From assembly GCA_016214985.1 (NCBI GenBank), contig JACRMM010000029.1:25938-57937 (forward strand): a DNA stretch of 32,000 nucleotides, in the 5' to 3' direction. Below, one piece after another: positions 27,501-32,000 of the stretch. The stretch comes from Deltaproteobacteria bacterium (GTDB lineage: Bacteria; Desulfobacterota; Deferrisomatia; Deferrisomatales; JACRMM01). Under the pieces are notes generated by a model. It saw nothing but the letters and a program-made list of their open reading frames with translations, was not told where the DNA came from and ran no database searches. How positions within the stretch are numbered: the first letter of the stretch is position 1; each line of letters begins with the position of its first letter. A program made the translations under genes and the position numbers.

Positions 27501-28997
27501 GGCACGGTCGTCGGCTACTCCTGGAGCTGGGGCGACGGCACGGCGGACACGAATACCCAGAACGCCAGCCACACCTACGCTGCCGTGGGCACCTACACCG
27601 CGACCCTGACCGTGACCGACGACCGCGGTGCCACCGGGTCCAACACGGCGGTGGTCACGGTCGGCGAGCCTGTGCCGAACAGTCCTCCCACGGCCAACGC
27701 GGGGCCGGACCAGACGGGCACGGCCGGCACTGCGATCTCCTTTGCCGGCTCCGGGACCGACTCTGACGGCACGATCGTCGGCTACTCCTGGAACTGGGGT
27801 GACGGCACGGCTCTTACCAACACGCAGAACGCGAGCCATACCTACGCCGCGGCCGGCACCTACACCGCGACCCTGACGGTCACCGACAACCTGGGCGCCA
27901 CGGGGTCCGACACGGCTGCGGTCACCGTGAGCGCGGTGCCGGTCAACCTCGCCCTGAACGCGGTGGCCACGGCCTCGTCGCAGTCCAGCTCGACCTACTC
28001 GGCCGCCAAGGCAGTCGACGGCAGCACTTCCACCTACTGGAGGAGCAGCTCGGGCGGCAGCCAGTGGCTCCAGGTCAATGTCGGCTCAACCGCCAGCCTC
28101 TCCCGCGTCAAGGTTTCCTGGAGCTCTAGTTACTACGCCCGGAGCTTCCAGATCCAGACCTCGCTCGACGGGACGAACTTCGTGACGCAGTACTCGACCA
28201 GCTCGGGGGGCAGCAGCCCCACGGACGTCAGCTTCCCCGTGGTTGCCGCACGGTACGCGCGCGTCTACGGCACGGTGGCCAACTCCTCCGACTACCGGAT
28301 CACGGAGTTGGAGGTCTACGGGACGACGGTGCACAACGACTCGCCCATCGCCAACGCCGGCTCGGACAAGACCGGGTATGCCGGCTCCCCCATCTCCTTC
28401 ACCGGGTCCGGCACGGACCCCGACGGCTCGGTCGTCGGGTACTCCTGGAGCTGGGGCGACGGCACGGCCGCCACGAACACACAGGACGCGAGCCACACCT
28501 ATGCGGCGGCCGGCATGTACACCGCAACCCTGACGGTCACCGACGATCTGGGTGCCATTGGGACCGACACGGCGGTGGTCACGGTCAGCGCGCCTCCGAA
28601 CAGTCCTCCCACGGCCAACGCCGGAACGGACAAGACGGGCACGGCCGGCACGGCGGTCTCGTTCACCGGCTCCGGGACCGATTCCGACGGGTCGATCGTC
28701 GGCTACTCCTGGAACTGGGGCGACGGCACGGCCGTCACGAACACCCAGAACGCCAGCCACACCTATGTCGCGGTGGGCACGTACACTGCGACCCTGACCG
28801 TCACCGACAACCAGGGTGCAACCGGCAGCGACACTGCGCTGGTCACCGTCAGCGCGGCTCCGCCCAACCAGCCGCCGGTGGCGAACGCCGGAACGGACAA
28901 GACGGGCACTGGAGCTGGGGCGACGGCACGGCCAACACGAACACCCAGAACGCCAGCCACACCTATGCCGCGGCGGGCACCTACACTGCGACCCTGA
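24594..28997 (+). CDS. Multiheme c-type cytochrome fused to InlB-like, F5/8C (discoidin) and PKD domains (frameshifted near its 3' end)
   Basis: Signal peptide; 13 CxxCH motifs plus CFSKCH (CX3CH) and CLTPSCH (CX4CH); two complete F5/8C-like domains; four complete PKD repeats (GSGTDSDGxxVGYSWxWGDGT...SHTYAAxGTYTATLTVTD). Reading becomes out of frame at 28909/28910 and terminates at 28997. Confidence 0.85.
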   Translation: MSQGRIFATGILLAGALFTSLPPGAGAEETCTICHQAGGIGGLPNHHSLSSSPPCSQCHPSSPVGDSCLGCHRAFAPLHHNNLGVNWSSEDCFSKCHPQPPGACLTPSCHSVIPTTATTGHHDPTVLSTKVCLDCHTADPRPAGDCTGCHSDVGTAHANAECFSCHNNAMKSRRPIGPEFILPSHHVNVQAPAQIGKDQCKACHDLTAHMAGAVLLKDANGGASISYAGEASATPFCLSCHDEDHKTSQPFSDGLTPASSAWDFKSVGLKFNSTEVVSSNKYPPTAPAPNMAGQLYNTVPDVQRALSAHGNPAGNLANGSASDARVPCLACHNAHGSPSPSLLFSSATYQPASEEDFCWDCHTNAAASPHKAWDYLPNDRVRDYFGDSRWGMNDGTGFTVEWMGSFAYKDAPFKGSHFRPSKRKISDTNWPRSSVTCSSCHDPHGVDPNNAAKAYMVPLLKGTWLISPFKEDRAPLASYQSPLRDSIADRNGKADQPRSNPDLSFNNTPNPGSGYPNGTGGSGHEGYFIEDNTFGVWNPRTSAPAAAGEWRTVLSNSETMQINRIAETDAQFAGLCLQCHPKTSLLSGWTGHGTVKGWGGAKRDLIPSSLASRGGEEGPGNSMHAMGKYNSGGEDGIAYGRGYRWGVNPSAQGTSGYIQADYHQFTCSKCHSPHAAKAPRLLVTNCLDSKGNHTSYPKAKTAQAANCHSTQRNLAWNTLTPWTQTEAPMQYTIMATSTTGGTISPTGNVLVDQGRSQTFTMTPASSNFVLSYFRVDGVTQPAGASYTFTNVTADHTIVATFTSLNLAQGKTATASSTRSGTNPSYAASMAVDGSTTTSWMSSSTSSAQWVRVDLGSSQTLSVVQVAWPATYFAKNFQIQTSTDGTNFTTRYTGSNATGTVTYASFAAVSARYVRVYCTTPNNTSYYGVSELQAFASAPHNNAPTADAGPDKTGTVGTAISFAGSGTDSDGTVVGYSWSWGDGTADTNTQNASHTYAAVGTYTATLTVTDDRGATGSNTAVVTVGEPVPNSPPTANAGPDQTGTAGTAISFAGSGTDSDGTIVGYSWNWGDGTALTNTQNASHTYAAAGTYTATLTVTDNLGATGSDTAAVTVSAVPVNLALNAVATASSQSSSTYSAAKAVDGSTSTYWRSSSGGSQWLQVNVGSTASLSRVKVSWSSSYYARSFQIQTSLDGTNFVTQYSTSSGGSSPTDVSFPVVAARYARVYGTVANSSDYRITELEVYGTTVHNDSPIANAGSDKTGYAGSPISFTGSGTDPDGSVVGYSWSWGDGTAATNTQDASHTYAAAGMYTATLTVTDDLGAIGTDTAVVTVSAPPNSPPTANAGTDKTGTAGTAVSFTGSGTDSDGSIVGYSWNWGDGTAVTNTQNASHTYVAVGTYTATLTVTDNQGATGSDTALVTVSAAPPNQPPVANAGTDKTGTGAGATARPTRTPRTPATPMPRRAPTLRP
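27420..28996 (+). repeat. PKD-domain coding tandem repeats (2 + 2 + 1 partial) interrupted by an F5/8C domain
   Basis: Near-identical nucleotide units such as ggctactcctggarctggggcgacggcacggc...aacacccagaacgccagccacacctatgccgc. Confidence 0.8.
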
Positions 28998-29455
28998 TCG
29001 TCACCGACAACCTGGGCGCCACGGGGTCCGACACGGCAGCGGTCACGGTCAGCGCAATGCCCACGAACCTTGCGCTCAACCAGACGGCTACCGCCTCGTC
29101 GACGCGCAGCGGAACCTCGTACACGGCGGCCAAGGCGGTCGACGGCAGCGCGTCCACCTCGTGGATGAGCAGCACGACCTCCGGCGCCCAGTGGGTCCGA
29201 GTGGACCTCGGGGCGAGCTACACGATCTCGAACGTCAAGGTCGTCTGGCCTGCGACGTACTACGCTAAGGCGTTCCAGATCCAGACTTCGAACGACGGCA
29301 CGAACTTCACGTCACGGTACTCGACCAGCAGTGGAGCCGGCGGCACCACCACCGCGACCTTCACTGCGGTGAGCGCCCGCTACGTGCGCGTCTACTGCAC
29401 GACTCGCAACAACTCGTCCTACTACGGGGTCTCCGAGCTGGAGGTCTACCCCTGA
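28910..29455 (+). pseudogene. Out-of-frame 3' continuation of the cytochrome gene: rest of PKD5 plus third F5/8C domain
   Basis: Frame +2 reads WSWGDGTANTNTQNASHTYAAAGTYTATLIVTDNLGATGSDTAAVTVSAMPTNLALNQTATASSTRSG...YYGVSELEVYP*, followed immediately by a terminator. Confidence 0.8.
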
Positions 29456-29476
29456 CGGGTCGGACGCGGAACACAG

Positions 29477-29507
29477 GGGCGGCGCTCCGCGGGGCGCCGC
29501 CCTTTTT
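29477..29507 (+). terminator. Rho-independent terminator
   Basis: GGGCGGCGC / GCGCCGCCC, 9-bp perfect stem with 8-nt loop followed by TTTTTCTT. Confidence 0.9.
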
Positions 29508-29559
29508 CTTCGGAGCCGCGCCGCAGCCCCCGATCGGCGTCTTGCTCACCATCCGGAAG

Positions 29560-30987
29560 ATGAGCTGCCACATGCCCATCAAGGTTCCTGTCGTTGCGGG
29601 GGTCTTCCTTCTTTCGGCCCTGGCGGTGGTGTGCCGTGCCGGCCAGGGCGCCGGAACGCCGGCCTCTGTCGACGCGCCGGCCGCGTTCTCCGTCAGCGGC
29701 GTCATCGACCGAGACACGGTCTGGAGCGGAACGGTCTCGGTCGTGGGAAGTGTTCAGGTCCTCTCCGGGGTCACCCTGAACATCCGGCCCGGGACCCGGG
29801 TTCAGTTCGCCCTTCCTCCCCCCAAGGCCGACTCCGGGGAGGAGCGCCTCTACGTGCAGAAGGGAGCAACGCTCATTGCCCGGGGCACGGACGCGCAGCC
29901 GATCGTCTTCCTGTCCGCCACGCCCGGCGTGCGTTGGTTCGGCATCGAGCTCCACTCCGGGCACGACCGAGACGTGTTCGACCGTTGCCGCGTCCGCGAC
30001 TCCCGGATGGGGATCGCCTGCGTTTCCACCTCGCCGGTCATCCAGAACTGCGTGTTCGAGGAGAACCAGCAGGGAGTCAGCCTCTGGCGCCAGGCCAACC
30101 CCATCGTCCGAAACGGCAGTTTCCTCCGCAACGCCGCCGCCGTCGTGGTCAGCATGCAATCGGCCCCGACCATCGCGCACTGTGAGATCGAGGGGTCCGA
30201 AGAGGTCGGCATCCGCATCGACGCGGGGTGTGGCGGCAGCGTGGAGGAGACCCGCCTCAGGGGCAACAAGGTCGGCATCCAGAGGCGGGGTTCGGCCCCC
30301 TTTCGGGTCGCCGGCAACCGTTTCGATGCCAACGCGGTTGCCCTGTCGATCGATCACGAAGGGTCCGTGGCCGAGGTCAGGGGCAACACGTTCTCCGGCA
30401 ACCAGCAGGGGGTTCTTGTAGCCACCAAGGCTTCGGTGCAGATCGCGGGCAACACCTTTTTCGCCAACGGTGTGGCGATCCACTTCGACGGCCGCTCCAA
30501 GGGCATCGCGGAGCACAACGACTTCAGGGGCAACCGGATCGGCATTCGCCTTTCTCGCACGTCGAGCCCGGAGATCACGGGCAACGAGTTCTCCAAGAAC
30601 GAGACGGCCGTGCTCTGCGAGACCTCGTCCTACCCGGTCCTTGCCGACAACAACTTCCGGGGGAACGCCACGGCCGTCCGGGCCGGCGATCATCAGTCCT
30701 TCGAATGGACGCGCAGTATCTGGAAACGAGAGGAATGGGAGGGCTGGGCGGAGAGTTACGGCGCGAACAGGATCGTCGCTCGAGACAACTACTGGGGCGA
30801 AGAGACGACGCGCGAAATGGAAGCCGGAGCGACGCCGATTGGAGCGATCTTCGACGTCCACCAGTCCCGAGACGTCGTGGTCGACGGCAAGCCCTATCGA
30901 CGAGACGAGGTCGACTTCCGCCCCTTCCAGTCGGCGCCGATCGCTGCGGCGGGAGCGCCGCGCTTACCGACGCCACGGACCGAGTAG
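29560..30987 (+). CDS. Exported right-handed parallel beta-helix (NosD-like) repeat protein
   Basis: Signal peptide, then WSGTVSVVGSVQVLSGVTLNIRPGTRVQF and repeated PbH1 units (PVIQNCVFEENQQGVSLW, PTIAHCEIEGSEEVGIRI, PEITGNEFSKNETAV). ATG 29560 or 29572. Confidence 0.85.
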   Translation: MSCHMPIKVPVVAGVFLLSALAVVCRAGQGAGTPASVDAPAAFSVSGVIDRDTVWSGTVSVVGSVQVLSGVTLNIRPGTRVQFALPPPKADSGEERLYVQKGATLIARGTDAQPIVFLSATPGVRWFGIELHSGHDRDVFDRCRVRDSRMGIACVSTSPVIQNCVFEENQQGVSLWRQANPIVRNGSFLRNAAAVVVSMQSAPTIAHCEIEGSEEVGIRIDAGCGGSVEETRLRGNKVGIQRRGSAPFRVAGNRFDANAVALSIDHEGSVAEVRGNTFSGNQQGVLVATKASVQIAGNTFFANGVAIHFDGRSKGIAEHNDFRGNRIGIRLSRTSSPEITGNEFSKNETAVLCETSSYPVLADNNFRGNATAVRAGDHQSFEWTRSIWKREEWEGWAESYGANRIVARDNYWGEETTREMEAGATPIGAIFDVHQSRDVVVDGKPYRRDEVDFRPFQSAPIAAAGAPRLPTPRTE

Positions 30988-31103
30988 GCCCGGGGGCGGT
31001 TGCCTGCGCAGCCCTCTCTGCCACCCGCACGGGAGCGCGGCAACCCGAAGACGCCTCAGCCGTCCTGCGCTTGGCGCTCCGAAGTTCTCTGATCCGGTCC
31101 CAG

Positions 31104-31319
31104 CTACTGCCGTTCGGGGTCTGAGTCGAACTGCTCGGGGAGGGGCTGCGGCCCGGGGACGATCCCCGCGATGTCCGGGTCTTCGTCGCCCTCGCCTCGG
31201 GGCGCGCTGGCTTTGCGCTCCTTCGCCTCGAGTCGACGGGCGCTCTTTTGCTGCTGCCTCTCCTGCAGCACCTTTTCTCTCTGTCTCTTGAGCATCTTCG
31301 GTCTGGCGTTTTTCCCCAT
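31104..31319 (-). CDS. Small basic conserved-type protein (71 aa)
   Basis: MGKNARPKMLKRQREKVLQERQQQKSARRLEAKERKASAPRG...DPDIAGIVPGPQPLPEQF. Non-random basic helix plus Pro-rich tail; adjacent to the RRM gene on the same strand. Confidence 0.55.
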   Translation of the reverse strand: MGKNARPKMLKRQREKVLQERQQQKSARRLEAKERKASAPRGEGDEDPDIAGIVPGPQPLPEQFDSDPERQ

Positions 31320-31437
31320 AGGTTGGGTCTCCTTCTCTGGATTCTATCCGGTCGTGTCGGTCTTCGGTCGGGGCGGCGATGCCCCTGTCCGGGGGGCGTC
31401 CCGCCCCGGGGCGCTCCCATCCCGCGTCGGCAGCCCT

Positions 31438-31998
31438 TTACTCTGGGTCCTCCTCCTTCGCGTCCGCCTGAGCCCAGGAGCGGAAGTCGTCGAGCTCGAG
31501 GTCACCGTGAAGGTCGTCCGGGTCGGCGCCGCCGCGGGTGTTCCCCCGACCCTCGGGACGGGGCGGCCCACCCGGCCTTCCTTCCTTCTTTGAGGTGCGG
31601 CCTTCCTGCCGACGCTTGTTGCGAGGGAGCGCGTCGGGGCCGAAGTTCCGCCGCGGCGCGTTGGGCCGGCCAGGGGCTTCGGACGGCGAGAACTCGCCGG
31701 GCCCATCGTTGAAGCGCGGGGGCGCAGGGGCTCTTGCACTGCTCCCCTCCTCCCGGGGCCGCGCCTCGTTGACCGCGAGGGGGCGCCCCTTGAACAAGGT
31801 CTTGTCGTGGCGGCGGATCGCGTCCTCGGCCTGCGTGCGGTCGCTGAACTCGACGAAACCGAAGCCACGCGGCTTGCCGGTTTCGCGATCCGTCGGCAGG
31901 CGCACGCGGGACGGCGAGCCGGCAGCGGAAAAAAGCTCCGTCAGTTCTTCCTCCGTCACGTCGTAGGCGAGATTGCCCACGTAGAGCTGTATTGACAT
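31438..31998 (-). CDS. RRM-domain RNA-binding protein with disordered C-terminal tail
   Basis: QLYVGNLAYDVTEEELTELFSAAG (RNP2) and KPRGFGFVEF (RNP1). Confidence 0.93.
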   Translation of the reverse strand: MSIQLYVGNLAYDVTEEELTELFSAAGSPSRVRLPTDRETGKPRGFGFVEFSDRTQAEDAIRRHDKTLFKGRPLAVNEARPREEGSSARAPAPPRFNDGPGEFSPSEAPGRPNAPRRNFGPDALPRNKRRQEGRTSKKEGRPGGPPRPEGRGNTRGGADPDDLHGDLELDDFRSWAQADAKEEDPE

Positions 31999-32000
31999 CT

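Noticed and set aside
25905-27839. 644-aa minus-strand ORF with repeated segments
   Set aside because: Its repeats are the reverse complement of the PKD/F5/8C-coding repeats; an antisense artefact.
27420-28996. Periodic repeats as a CRISPR-like array
   Set aside because: Unit length is about 240-260 nt and units encode PKD domains in frame; no short direct repeat plus unique spacer structure.

Overview
High-GC (roughly 65-70%) bacterial window. (1) A block of about 15.5 kb on the minus strand (6441-21966, 16 genes) is headed by a GntR/FCD regulator. It continues with a TRAP transporter (DctP/Q/M), an AMP-forming acyl/aryl-CoA ligase, a BASS-type permease, four genes resembling phenylphosphate carboxylase subunits (UbiD-like, KdsC-like HAD, UbiD-like, ~85 aa small subunit), a third UbiD paralogue, UbiX, a flavodoxin-like protein, adenylate kinase, a degenerate receiver-like protein and a J-domain protein. 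No phenylphosphate synthase is visible. A near-consensus sigma70 promoter overlaps a perfect GntR-type palindrome at 21949-21979. (2) On the plus strand there is a B12-binding radical SAM protein, a large PAS/GAF hybrid histidine kinase, a TPR protein whose reading frame looks broken, a 20-aa orphan peptide ORF, and a very large multiheme cytochrome fused to F5/8C (discoidin) and PKD repeats. A 67-nt deletion (relative to the sister repeat) frameshifts the cytochrome gene. A beta-helix (NosD-like) exported protein follows. (3) At the right end, on the minus strand, are a small basic protein and an RRM RNA-binding protein. The most unusual items are the carboxylase-complex operon without a synthase, the cytochrome-adhesin fusion with non-canonical heme motifs inside an AT-rich patch, and the small peptide ORF upstream of it. 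All calls come from reading the sequence; no database search was run.
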